From positions 6,636-70,635 of the forward strand of contig CACEXK010000005.1 in NCBI GenBank assembly GCA_902563505.1: a DNA stretch of 64,000 nucleotides, given 5' to 3'. This document shows, in pieces, positions 16,671 to 26,316 of this stretch. The position numbers were made by a program, and so were the translations under genes. The notes beneath the pieces are model-generated. The model was not told the DNA's origin and searched no databases. It saw nothing but the letters and a program-made list of their open reading frames with translations. This stretch comes from an uncultured Alphaproteobacteria bacterium. GTDB lineage: Bacteria > Pseudomonadota > Alphaproteobacteria > Methylaequorales > Methylaequoraceae. Every line of letters begins with the position of its first letter. Position 1 is the stretch's first letter.

Positions 16671-18041
16671 TTATGCCTGAACATCAACATTATGATTGTT
16701 TTCTTTAATTTTTTTAGTTGTTATATTATCTTTCTTCTTACCAAAATAATTATCTGTATTTTGCTTATTTGACTGGTTATTTTGGCTAAAAGAGTTGTTG
16801 CCTTGATTATTGAATTGACCTGAAAACCTATTATTTCTCTCATCTAGAACTTCAGTCATTCTTGAAATATTTTCATTCAATAAATTAGTAGCTTCTTGAG
16901 TCTCTGCATTTATAAAAATTTCTGTTTTATTGTTTTTTACCGCTACTTCTAAACTAATTTTCCCTAAATTTTTAGGTTTAAGATACAATTCCACTCTATT
17001 TAGGCCATTGTTGATTGTGTTTTTAACTAATTTTGCAAATTTGTCACCCCAACTGCTTTCCATCAAATCAAGTGTTTGTTGATTGTTAAAACTTGAATTA
17101 TAGTTCTTTAAAACTTTTTTTTCTAACACCTCGTTATTCTTGTTAAGCTCAGTTTTAAATGAAGCATTAGGTTTTTTCTTAAGTTCAATTACTCGTAAAT
17201 TACCATTAGTTGTTGATTTTAAATCAACATTTCTATTTTTTGGAAGAATTTTACTTTCTTCTTCTTTTTCTAAATCTTTTTCTTTGTTATTTTTAGTTTT
17301 AATACTATTTTTTTTTTCTGTTGAATGTGCAAAGAATTCTTTAGAATTTTTTACAGATTTATTCATGCTTGTGTGATTAAGATTATTCTGTCTGGTTTCA
17401 TCCAGTTTATCAGTTTTTTCGATATGTAACTTTTCTTTGTTAACTCTTTTTTGATGAGGTTTTATTAAATTTAATGTTTCGTTTAGTTTGTTAGTTTTAT
17501 TTATTTCTTCTTTTCTCACAGTAATCAAAATCTCTTTACCTTGATTGTTTTTATTTAAATTTTCCTTAACCATTGTAAAGGTATTTGTTTGCCCATGTAA
17601 TTCCTTGGGTTGTGAATGATTATTTCCTTTTCGAATCATTTTTTCAGAACTTAATATATTGGTTGTACTCAATATTTCTTTTTTCCCTTTGAAATTATCT
17701 TCTCCGGTAGTTGTATAATTTCCATCTACATTATCTCTATTTTCAGTGATATTCTCTAAATCTCTATTACTATCAGAAATTCCTAATTCTTTATAAAAAA
17801 TCTGCGCTAGTGACTTGGCAACATCTACGGTATTATTATCATTATTGAATTCTGATTTAGTTTTTTGATTATTGTTTTCAGCTAATATGTCTGTATTTAT
17901 TTGTTCTTGCTCATTTTCTTCATTAAAATTTATAAGTGAAAATAACTCTGCAAACAACATATCAACATTATCTTGAGAACTTTTAGGTTTTAGAATGGAT
18001 AAATTTCCATCTAAGTTCGATTTATTTCCTATTGCTACCAT
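16671..18041 (-). CDS. fliK: Flagellar hook-length control protein FliK
   Basis: Long low-complexity N-terminus; C-terminal VELYLKPKNLGKISLEV domain; position before fliL. Confidence 0.85.
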   Translation of the reverse strand: MVAIGNKSNLDGNLSILKPKSSQDNVDMLFAELFSLINFNEENEQEQINTDILAENNNQKTKSEFNNDNNTVDVAKSLAQIFYKELGISDSNRDLENITENRDNVDGNYTTTGEDNFKGKKEILSTTNILSSEKMIRKGNNHSQPKELHGQTNTFTMVKENLNKNNQGKEILITVRKEEINKTNKLNETLNLIKPHQKRVNKEKLHIEKTDKLDETRQNNLNHTSMNKSVKNSKEFFAHSTEKKNSIKTKNNKEKDLEKEEESKILPKNRNVDLKSTTNGNLRVIELKKKPNASFKTELNKNNEVLEKKVLKNYNSSFNNQQTLDLMESSWGDKFAKLVKNTINNGLNRVELYLKPKNLGKISLEVAVKNNKTEIFINAETQEATNLLNENISRMTEVLDERNNRFSGQFNNQGNNSFSQNNQSNKQNTDNYFGKKKDNITTKKIKENNHNVDVQA

Positions 18042-18069
18042 AACTACAAATATAATTTTTTAGGTTTTT

Positions 18070-18085
18070 TGCAATAATAGTGCCA
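18070..18085 (-). promoter_or_regulatory. sigma54 (-24/-12) promoter of fliKLMN
   Basis: Minus strand TGGCACTATTATTGCA, full consensus. Confidence 0.9.
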
Positions 18086-18094
18086 CTGAAAAAC

Positions 18095-18502
18095 TTATTG
18101 ATAATTTTTTAGTTTAAAGTTTATTGATTCTCTCTGTTCTTTAATTTTTTCTGAAATTACAAGTTCTTTATTGATTTTTTCATTTATTTTTTCTTGTTGT
18201 TTATTTACTTTATTGATTTCACCCAAATAACTATCGATTTCCTTTGATAAATGCGCGGCTCTATTTTTGGAAATAGAGATTTTTTCCTGTAAGTTTTTTC
18301 TGAAAGAAGAAATTTGTTTCAGAGAAGAACTATTAAAAGTTTCTCCTATTGAAAGACTTGAATCATCAAGCATTTCTTTTAACTCGATATTAATTCTTTT
18401 TATTTTATTTTTTTCTCTGTTTAATGTCCCTAAACTTGAAACTAACTTATTTTTTTTTATTTTTTTTAATTTAGATAGGATTTCATATTTACTTTTTTTC
18501 AT
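18095..18502 (-). CDS. fliJ: Divergent FliJ-like coiled-coil export chaperone
   Basis: 135-aa helical protein directly after fliI; called mainly on synteny. Confidence 0.6.
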   Translation of the reverse strand: MKKSKYEILSKLKKIKKNKLVSSLGTLNREKNKIKRINIELKEMLDDSSLSIGETFNSSSLKQISSFRKNLQEKISISKNRAAHLSKEIDSYLGEINKVNKQQEKINEKINKELVISEKIKEQRESINFKLKNYQ

Positions 18503-18504
18503 TT

Positions 18505-19824
18505 TTAATTAATTCCCTGCAAATTTTGGATACTTTTATCAAAATTAGATTTTTCTGTTAAATCTTGCTTAATCAACCCGCAAATTTTAGGCCAAATTTC
18601 AATTGCTTTATCTATTTCTTCATTTTGTCCTTGTGAATAACCTCCCATTAAGACTAAATCTTTATTTTCCTGATATATTGAAAACATTCTTTTTATGTAT
18701 TCAGCCTTATTTTTGTGTTCACTAGAAATTACAGAATTCATAACTCGACTTAAAGATTGATTAAGATCAATAGCTGGAAAAATTCCTAATTGTGCAAATT
18801 CTCTGGATAAAACAATATGACCATCTAAAATAGCTCTTGCAGTATCAACAACTGGATCATTAGTATCATCAGAATCAGCTAAGATTGTATAAAAACTTGT
18901 TATGCTTCCTTCTCCTTTTCCTCCAGCACCAGTTCTTTCTATTAAATTTGGTATCATTGAAATAACTGATGGGGGATACCCTTTTGAAGTTGGCTGTTCT
19001 CCGAGCGCAAGTCCCACCTCTCTTTTTGCATGTGCTATTCTTGTAAGTGAATCCATTATCAATAGAACATTCTTTCCTTTTGATCTAAAATACTCTGCAA
19101 TTCCTGTTGCTCTTTCAGCTCCTTTTATTCTTAGTAATGGCGATTTGTCTGCCGGAACAGCGACTATGACTGTTCTTTTTTTTGTATCATCATTCAAGAT
19201 TTCTGAGACGAAATTTCCGAGCTCTCTTCCTCTTTCACCAATTAATGCTACAACAACAATTTCAGCTTCAGTAAATTTTGTCATCATGCCAAGAAGGATG
19301 GATTTACCAACACCTGATCCTGCAATTATTCCCAACCTTTGGCCTTGACCAACCGTAAAAAGTGAATTGATTGCTCTTATCCCAACATCCAAGGGTTTTT
19401 TTATTGTTTCCCTTTGCATTGGATTTACTGGTTTCCCATTTAGCGGCCAGATTTCATCTAATGCTAGGCTTTCTTTTTTTTCGTCAATAGGTTTTCCAAA
19501 TGCATCAATAACTCTTCCTAAAATATTTTCTCCAACATCGATATTATTCGAAGTATTTAATGCTTCAACTGAAGACCCAGAAACCAAATTGGCATTTTGG
19601 TCGTGAATTGCTATTAGATTTTTATTTTCTCTAAAACCAATTATTTCACCAGTTACATGGCTCCCGTCATTACATTCTATTTTACAAATTGTTCCTATAG
19701 GTGAAGGAAATGAGTTGCATTCAACAATTTTTCCATCAAATTTTGTTATTTTGCTTTTATAATTGGTATTTTTTTTTACAGAGATTTTATCTGAATTTAA
19801 TAGTATCTGGCTTGATATAATCAT
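18505..19824 (-). CDS. fliI: Flagellar export ATPase FliI
   Basis: AGSGVGKS, IGERGRE, DSLTR, DGHIVLSR, PAID. Confidence 0.97.
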   Translation of the reverse strand: MIISSQILLNSDKISVKKNTNYKSKITKFDGKIVECNSFPSPIGTICKIECNDGSHVTGEIIGFRENKNLIAIHDQNANLVSGSSVEALNTSNNIDVGENILGRVIDAFGKPIDEKKESLALDEIWPLNGKPVNPMQRETIKKPLDVGIRAINSLFTVGQGQRLGIIAGSGVGKSILLGMMTKFTEAEIVVVALIGERGRELGNFVSEILNDDTKKRTVIVAVPADKSPLLRIKGAERATGIAEYFRSKGKNVLLIMDSLTRIAHAKREVGLALGEQPTSKGYPPSVISMIPNLIERTGAGGKGEGSITSFYTILADSDDTNDPVVDTARAILDGHIVLSREFAQLGIFPAIDLNQSLSRVMNSVISSEHKNKAEYIKRMFSIYQENKDLVLMGGYSQGQNEEIDKAIEIWPKICGLIKQDLTEKSNFDKSIQNLQGIN

Positions 19825-19826
19825 TT

Positions 19827-20726
19827 TTAATTGTCAACTTTTGTTTCTTGGGTGGTTGCGTTATTCTTATTTTTTTTTAATTCACTTATTTTTTTTTCAA
19901 CATTATTTTCTTCAGAGAATTTTAATTTATTTGATAAAATTTCTCCTATCTCAATTGCTCCTGATTTAATCTTGAGATCTCCTCTATTTAAATCTTTGTC
20001 AGGAAATAACTCAAAATCAATTATTATCTTATTTTTTAGAATGAATTCACTGATTGCTTTATGGTCTGATTCATTAAGGAAGATTCTTATTTTCTTTAGA
20101 GAATCTTCAACTGAATTTGTAAAATTTTTAATTTTTTCAAAATATTTTTCAGTTTTTGTATCAATTTCATAACCTAAAATTTCTCTAGAAATTTTTAAAA
20201 TAGATTTATTAACATTATTATTTAGCTTTTCGGAAAATTCTGGACTAATTGAAAAGATATTATCTAATGCATTCTTAAAGTTAACTGCTAAGGCTTTTTC
20301 TCCTTGTTGCAATTCTTCCTTTATTTTTTTTACACCTAGATGATAACCTTTATTATAGTAATCTTTTGCAAGATCATTGGCCATTTTTTTTGCTTCTACT
20401 TCTGTATATTTTTTCTCATCTACTTTTTTTTCTTCACTTTCTGTTTCCTTTACCCCTTCTTGATTTTTAACTATTTCTTCATCTTTTTGTTCAATAACCT
20501 CGGTATCTTTATTTTCTTCATCATGCTTAATAGATGAATCTGCTAGTTGTTTCAAACTTGTTTTTCTAAACAAGTTTGAAATATTATCAGTTATTTCAGA
20601 CTCTCTAGTAAAATCATTGCTAGTCTTATCTAATAAACTAAGTATTTCTTCTGTATTTAAAGCCTTTGATTTCTCAGGGCTAATACTGTCATCAGATTTA
20701 ACAGGGTTGTCTTTTAGCGGCATCAT
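19827..20726 (-). CDS. fliH: Flagellar assembly protein FliH
   Basis: YNKGYHLG repeat-like stretch, DKDLNRGDLKI; located between fliG and fliI. Confidence 0.8.
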   Translation of the reverse strand: MMPLKDNPVKSDDSISPEKSKALNTEEILSLLDKTSNDFTRESEITDNISNLFRKTSLKQLADSSIKHDEENKDTEVIEQKDEEIVKNQEGVKETESEEKKVDEKKYTEVEAKKMANDLAKDYYNKGYHLGVKKIKEELQQGEKALAVNFKNALDNIFSISPEFSEKLNNNVNKSILKISREILGYEIDTKTEKYFEKIKNFTNSVEDSLKKIRIFLNESDHKAISEFILKNKIIIDFELFPDKDLNRGDLKIKSGAIEIGEILSNKLKFSEENNVEKKISELKKNKNNATTQETKVDN

Positions 20727-21769
20727 ACAAAGTCATCTCCGCCTCTTCCAGCAAGAACAATTGTTCCTTCATCAGACATAGTCCTTGCTACATTAATTAC
20801 TGCTTTTTGCGCCTCTTGAACTTCTGTAAGTCTAATAGGACCTAAAACCTCCATTTCATCCTTAATATTTGCCGCAGCTCTTTGCGACATACAATTGAAA
20901 ATTTTCTCTTTCAAATCATCTTCTGTTCCTTTAAGAGCAATAATTAAGATCTCTTGATCTACATTTCTTAATAGTGTTTGCATACTCCTGTCATCCATAA
21001 GTATTAGTGTTTCAAATGTAAACATACTTTCTTGAATTTCTTTAGCTAGATGCCTATCTTTTTCTCCCAGAGCTTTAATTACTCTTTGCTCCATATTCTG
21101 CTTTGTAAAATTCATAATTGATGCTGCAGCTTTTATTCCACCTACAGAAGAAGCTCTTAATGATGTGTTTGTTTTGAATTTTAGTTGCATTACTCTTTCT
21201 AATTCTGCTAAAGCATCGGGTTGTACTGTTTCTAAAGTAGCAACTCTATGAATCAAATCCGCTTGAATATCTTCCGGTAAAAGTACTAAAACATCAGCAG
21301 CTACACCAGCCTCTAAATAAGAAATTATTAATGCCATTATTTGTGGATGTTCGTCTGAAATAAGTTCCGCAACTGATCTTGCATCCATCCAATCTAAAAT
21401 TTCAATGGGTTTGTCGCTCTCAGTAGGTGTGATTCTCCCTAAAACCGATTGAGCTTTATTTTCTCCAAGAGCTTTTGTCATTACATTTTTTATGTAATTC
21501 GATGAACCCATCCCTAGATCAGTTTGAGTTTTTATGATTGCCAAAAATTCATCAAGTACTTTGTTAACTGTATCTTGATCAAGCCCTTGAACATTGTACA
21601 TTTCTTTCCCAAGTTGTTGCACTTCTTTAGGACCAAGGTTCCTCAAAATTTCTGAAGCCTCTTCCTCTCCAAGTAACATCATCAAGATTGCACATTTTTG
21701 TGTACTATTTAATTTCTCAAAATTAGATAACTCTTCTTCATTATTTTCTTCTTTTTGTTTTTCAGCCAT
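20723..21769 (-). CDS. fliG: Flagellar motor switch protein FliG
   Basis: QKCAILMMLLGEE, EHPQ, MFTFE, MSQRAA. Confidence 0.98.
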   Translation of the reverse strand: MAEKQKEENNEEELSNFEKLNSTQKCAILMMLLGEEEASEILRNLGPKEVQQLGKEMYNVQGLDQDTVNKVLDEFLAIIKTQTDLGMGSSNYIKNVMTKALGENKAQSVLGRITPTESDKPIEILDWMDARSVAELISDEHPQIMALIISYLEAGVAADVLVLLPEDIQADLIHRVATLETVQPDALAELERVMQLKFKTNTSLRASSVGGIKAAASIMNFTKQNMEQRVIKALGEKDRHLAKEIQESMFTFETLILMDDRSMQTLLRNVDQEILIIALKGTEDDLKEKIFNCMSQRAAANIKDEMEVLGPIRLTEVQEAQKAVINVARTMSDEGTIVLAGRGGDDFV

Positions 21770-21791
21770 AAAATACCCCTACTAATTATTA

Positions 21792-23519
21792 CTATGCATC
21801 TTTTTTCATTAGTTGTCTAAAGACATTTGATACTTTTCCTGCCTCATCGCCAACAATCATTCTTATTACTGCAACTTTATCATCATAAGTATTTGCTGTA
21901 TCTAGCATTTCAGCTGAAATTGCAGTTTTCTTCGGTTTCAATTTAGCCTTTATATCCTCTAAAGATTCTCCTTCTTGAACTTCTACTTCTTCCTCTGGTT
22001 CAGCCTCAAGGTCCTCTTCAGACATAGCTCCGCTCGGAGCACCAGCAGCACCAGCAGATGGCACAAGAATTCTATTAAGTAGAGGCTTGAGTGCTCCAAA
22101 AGTTATAATTGCAAGAATAAGTACGGTAGAAAGTTGACCAATTAGATTTTGAAACCAAGATTCTTCATACCAATTAACACTAACTAAATCCATTTCCTCA
22201 ATAAAATCACCGCTAGTCACAACAATGCTGTCTCCTCTATCACCATTAAATCCTACAGCTTCTTTTACAAGTGAAGAAATCTTCTCACTATCTTCTGCAC
22301 TGAGCGGTTCGGTAATTGTTGTGCCCTCAGGTGTTTCTACGATTTTATTTTTAACTAATACAGCAGTTTTAACTTTTCTTATTTTACCAATTTGTCCTAC
22401 AACTGTACTAAGTTTTTTACTAACTTCGTAGTTTTTAACATTAGATGTTGACCTTTGTTTAAATTCTTGTTCAGTTTCTTCAGTTGGGGCATCTATTTGA
22501 AGATCTGCTGCTAACGGTGCCTGGTTAGCTACAGCACCCGGAATACCTCTAGCTGGTCTATCTGTTGATTCATCAGCACTGTTTTGCTCACTCCGTGTAG
22601 CTATACTTTCAGGATCAAATGTTTCCTCAGTAGTTTGGGTGTTTGTGAAATCCATCTCAACATTTACTTGTGCTGTAAGATTCCCTGCACCTACTATCGG
22701 GGAAACTAGCGATAATATTCTTTCTCGATACAAGGATTCAATTTTTATTCTGTGGTTTAATTGTTTTTCTGTTAACGCAATATTAGGATCATCCTCTGGT
22801 TTTGATAATAATGTACCATACTGATCTACAACCGTTACATTATCAGATGACATATTTGGAATTGATGAAGAGACTATGTGCACAATAGATCTTATTTGCT
22901 CTCTATTTAATATTCTCCCATCCGCTAATTTTACAAAAACTGATGCAGTTGGAGATGCAGCGTCTCGAACAAAAACTGATCTCTCTGGAATTGCGAGGTG
23001 AACTCTAGCTCCAGTGATATGAGCTATTTCATTAATTGATCTTGCCAATTCGATTTCCTGAGTTTGTTTCATTTTCATAAATTCAACAGACCTACTGGTT
23101 CCCATTGGTATTTTTTCAAGTAAATCGTACCCCTGGGGAACTGAGCTCGGAAGACCTTCAGCAGCTAATTTCATTTTAGCTTCATAATATTCTGGAGCAG
23201 GAACAAGTATTTCCCCAGTTGTTGAGTCAATAGAAACATCAATACCATTATTTCTTAATACTTCCATGACTCTTGATTTTTCATGTTCTGGTAATGAGGA
23301 AAAAAGAGTTGTTCTCGAGGGTTCTCTGAATGAAACAAAAAGTACTAAACCAATGAATATCACAAAAAGAGTAATCATCACAGGTATGGATCTTTGTACA
23401 GCAGGTTCATTAGAAAACTTTCTTAGTTTATCTAAAGTATTTCCAATATTAGCAATCAAATTAGTATTTGTATCTTGATTAGCAGTTGTAATTTCAGATG
23501 TTTGAGTTTGTTCAGCCAT
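21792..23519 (-). CDS. fliF: Flagellar MS-ring protein FliF
   Basis: ARVHLAIPERSVFVR, PTASVFV, AVGFNGDRGDSI; two TMs. Confidence 0.97.
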   Translation of the reverse strand: MAEQTQTSEITTANQDTNTNLIANIGNTLDKLRKFSNEPAVQRSIPVMITLFVIFIGLVLFVSFREPSRTTLFSSLPEHEKSRVMEVLRNNGIDVSIDSTTGEILVPAPEYYEAKMKLAAEGLPSSVPQGYDLLEKIPMGTSRSVEFMKMKQTQEIELARSINEIAHITGARVHLAIPERSVFVRDAASPTASVFVKLADGRILNREQIRSIVHIVSSSIPNMSSDNVTVVDQYGTLLSKPEDDPNIALTEKQLNHRIKIESLYRERILSLVSPIVGAGNLTAQVNVEMDFTNTQTTEETFDPESIATRSEQNSADESTDRPARGIPGAVANQAPLAADLQIDAPTEETEQEFKQRSTSNVKNYEVSKKLSTVVGQIGKIRKVKTAVLVKNKIVETPEGTTITEPLSAEDSEKISSLVKEAVGFNGDRGDSIVVTSGDFIEEMDLVSVNWYEESWFQNLIGQLSTVLILAIITFGALKPLLNRILVPSAGAAGAPSGAMSEEDLEAEPEEEVEVQEGESLEDIKAKLKPKKTAISAEMLDTANTYDDKVAVIRMIVGDEAGKVSNVFRQLMKKDA

Positions 23520-23532
23520 AATCTATCCTTTT

Positions 23533-23877
23533 TTAAACAGGCATATTCATAATATCTTTATATGCTGTTAGTACTTTGTTTCTAACATTCAATGTCATTT
23601 GAAAACCAAGTCCAGCAAGTTGCTGGTTAATCATTACTTTTGTTAGATCGTTTTCTAAACCAAGTTCATAGTTTTTTGTCAGTTCAGCACTTTTTACTTG
23701 GCTTTCTGAAACCTGATCAATTGCATTTTTAACACTTTCCAGAAAATTATCGCTTTTATTTTCTTCGATTTTAGGTGTTAACTTGGCAACATCTTCTTGA
23801 AGATTTTTAATTTGTGTTTGATTGTTGTTGGCTTCAACCAAGTTAGGTTTAAATACAGTTGTTAAGTTAGGTTTCAT
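23533..23877 (-). CDS. fliE: Flagellar hook-basal body protein FliE
   Basis: NVRNKVLTAYKDIMNMPV C-terminus. Confidence 0.95.
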   Translation of the reverse strand: MKPNLTTVFKPNLVEANNNQTQIKNLQEDVAKLTPKIEENKSDNFLESVKNAIDQVSESQVKSAELTKNYELGLENDLTKVMINQQLAGLGFQMTLNVRNKVLTAYKDIMNMPV

Positions 23878-23908
23878 TATTTTATATCCTTATTTTTTTA
23901 TATTAATA

Positions 23909-25063
23909 TTAAATCACTGCTTGCTTTACTTCCTCATTCTCACTCAAATTTGAATAAAAATCATTCTTAGAATTAATGTCGATCATTATATCTTTTTCAT
24001 CTATAATTTCTCCATCACATAAAACAATTGCTCTCTGTAAAACATTCTCAAGTTCTCTAACATTTCCTGGCCAATTATAGCCTTTCAATAATTCTCTGGC
24101 TTTGTTTGTTATAAATGGCAATTTAGTTATACCTGAATGTCTTTTGAGTAAAGCCACACTTATTGGAATAATATCATTAGGTCTTTCTGACAGATTACAG
24201 GTTTCTATTGGAAATACATTTAATCTGTAATAGAGATCTTCTCTAAATTTCTTATCTTTAACTTCTTCAATCATATTACGATTAGTTGTAGCAATAACCC
24301 TTACATCAACATCAATATCTCTTTGTCCTCCAATTGGTGTAACCTTCTTTTCTTGGAGAACCCTCAATAACTTTGCTTGAAGTGAAAGTGGCATTTCAGA
24401 AATTTCATCAAGAAGAAGAGTGCCTGTGTCTGCTGCCCTGAAGATACCCTTGTTTGCTGAAGAAGCACCTGTAAAAGCCCCTTTTTCGTGACCAAAAAGC
24501 ATCGCCTCTAGCATATTTTCTGGAATTGCTGCACAGTTGATAGCAACAAAGGGTTTTTCTGACCTTCCAGAATTCTGATGAATGAAATTTGAAATAACTT
24601 CTTTTCCTGTCCCGGTTGGTCCATAGATAAAAACCGTAACATCTGTTTGAGCTACTTTTTTTGCCATTTTTACCAAAGAATGTGTTTTTGTATCTGAAAA
24701 ACTGAAGTTTTCAGTAGTTAAGATCTGAAAAATTATTTCTTTAACTACTTCATCAATCCCATTAAACATGATTTCTAGGTATGCTCCACCTAGATCTTCA
24801 TTTATCGAAAATTTATTTTCTTTTGATTCATTAAGAACAATTATACTTGTAGAACCAATATTTCTAGAGACTTTAAGTAACTCTGACTTTCCTCCAATTT
24901 CATTATTGAATTTATTAGAGCAAATAAGAGTTGATTTATTTTTTTCTAAACTTTTAGTATCATTAGAATTAATTACGGAATTTTTTATATTTTTGTCATT
25001 TAAAAAGTCTGACAACTTTTCAAATTGTTCAAAACTATCTTTTAAAATTAATATTTCTTTCAT
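23909..25063 (-). CDS. fleT: FleT-like sigma54 activator (degenerate receiver-like N-terminus, AAA+, no HTH)
   Basis: GPTGTGKE, GAFTGA, LLLDEISEM, WPGNVRELEN; ends shortly after the AAA+ domain with no Fis-type HTH; first gene of the fliE operon. Confidence 0.75.
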   Translation of the reverse strand: MKEILILKDSFEQFEKLSDFLNDKNIKNSVINSNDTKSLEKNKSTLICSNKFNNEIGGKSELLKVSRNIGSTSIIVLNESKENKFSINEDLGGAYLEIMFNGIDEVVKEIIFQILTTENFSFSDTKTHSLVKMAKKVAQTDVTVFIYGPTGTGKEVISNFIHQNSGRSEKPFVAINCAAIPENMLEAMLFGHEKGAFTGASSANKGIFRAADTGTLLLDEISEMPLSLQAKLLRVLQEKKVTPIGGQRDIDVDVRVIATTNRNMIEEVKDKKFREDLYYRLNVFPIETCNLSERPNDIIPISVALLKRHSGITKLPFITNKARELLKGYNWPGNVRELENVLQRAIVLCDGEIIDEKDIMIDINSKNDFYSNLSENEEVKQAVI

Positions 25064-25095
25064 ATCTCGCCTTTAAACTGTTTTGATTTACTAAA

Positions 25096-25111
25096 AGCAA
25101 GAAGCTTACCA
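25096..25111 (-). promoter_or_regulatory. sigma54 (-24/-12) promoter of fleT-fliEFGHIJ
   Basis: Minus strand TGGTAAGCTTCTTGCT, correct spacing. Confidence 0.8.
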
Positions 25112-25205
25112 AATTGTTTTATTTTTTTTATTTTTTTTTAAAAATCATTAAAATCAATTACTTACGAAAGACATTTCAAATTTTTATTTTTTTAAATTTC
25201 CTTAT

Positions 25206-25221
25206 TGTCATTTTTCTGACA
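25206..25221. promoter_or_regulatory. Palindromic FleQ-box-like operator between fleT and fleQ
   Basis: TGTCATTTTTCTGACA (TGTCA-N6-TGACA). Confidence 0.65.
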
Positions 25222-25242
25222 TTATTTTTATTGTATTTATGT

Positions 25243-26316
25243 ATGACTGAGATAATTAAAGGAAGTTGCGATGCAACTAAGCAGTTAAGAAAACTAGTAG
25301 AGATGGTTTCCGTCTCTGGGTCAACTGTTTTACTAAGAGGTGAAACCGGTTGTGGAAAAGATGTTGTTGCTCGAGCTATTCATGATCAATCAAAAAGAAA
25401 AGGGGATTTAATTAATGTTAATTGTGCTGCAATACCATCAGAACTATTAGAATCTGAATTGTTTGGTCACGAAAAGGGAGCTTTTACAGGAGCCGACTCA
25501 AAAAGAGAAGGAAGATTTGAAGCCTCAAATAATGGTACTCTCTTTTTAGATGAAATTGGCGATATGCCTCTTTCTCTTCAAGCAAAATTATTGAGGGCTA
25601 TAGAAACAAGAAAAATCCAGAGGGTTGGTGGAAAAGGTGAAATAAATTTAGATCTAAGATTGATTTGTGCAACTCATCAGAATATAGAAAAAAAGATTGA
25701 AGAGGGATTATTTAGAGCTGACCTTTTTTATAGAATTAATGTTTTTCCAATTGAGATCCCTACACTGTCTGAGAGAAAAGATGATATCCCAGAATTAATT
25801 GAACATATTTTAAGTGAAATTGAAACAAGTGGCTCTAAAATTCCATTATTTGAAGATTCAGCAATTTCAGCATTAAAAGAATATATATGGCCGGGAAATG
25901 TAAGAGAACTTAGAAATGTAATTGAAAGGTCAACAATAATTTTTTCAAATAAAAAAATAAATGCAAAAAATATAAGAGAAAATTTACTTAAAATTAATCT
26001 TCCTGATTTTAAAGAAGAAAAGAAAATTATCTGGGATATGACATCAGAACTTGCAGATATAAATGAAGAAAAAGAAAATGATGATTCAAATGAAATATCA
26101 ATGCCTCATCCCAATCACTATAAAAAATGGTTTGAGTATCTTGACCAAATTGATTTGAGAAGACACTTGGGGGAGGTTGAATATATTCTTATTGAAGGTG
26201 CACTGAGAAAGTCAAGTGGATCAGTTACAGAAGCATCTAAAAGTCTAAAAATAAATAGAACTACTCTGATTGAAAAAATGAAAAAATACTCAATACCAAA
26301 AGTAGGGAATGACTAA
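25243..26316 (+). CDS. fleQ: Flagellar master regulator FleQ-like sigma54 activator without an N-terminal regulatory domain
   Basis: Likely start MTEIIKGSC at 25243; GETGCGKD, GAFTGA, WPGNVRELRN; C-terminal IDLRRHLGEVE...INRTTLIEKMKKY HTH typical of FleQ. Confidence 0.85.
   Translation: MTEIIKGSCDATKQLRKLVEMVSVSGSTVLLRGETGCGKDVVARAIHDQSKRKGDLINVNCAAIPSELLESELFGHEKGAFTGADSKREGRFEASNNGTLFLDEIGDMPLSLQAKLLRAIETRKIQRVGGKGEINLDLRLICATHQNIEKKIEEGLFRADLFYRINVFPIEIPTLSERKDDIPELIEHILSEIETSGSKIPLFEDSAISALKEYIWPGNVRELRNVIERSTIIFSNKKINAKNIRENLLKINLPDFKEEKKIIWDMTSELADINEEKENDDSNEISMPHPNHYKKWFEYLDQIDLRRHLGEVEYILIEGALRKSSGSVTEASKSLKINRTTLIEKMKKYSIPKVGND

Noticed and set aside
25114-25242. Hydrophobic N-terminal extension of FleQ (apparent membrane anchor)
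   Set aside because: It is the translation of T-rich intergenic DNA that contains the operator and promoter elements; the ATG at 25243 gives a normal AAA+ start.
1840-26316. Recent mobile element or compositionally foreign island
   Set aside because: No integrase, transposase, tRNA or direct repeats at the edges; no obvious compositional step by eye, and I could not compute GC or codon statistics.
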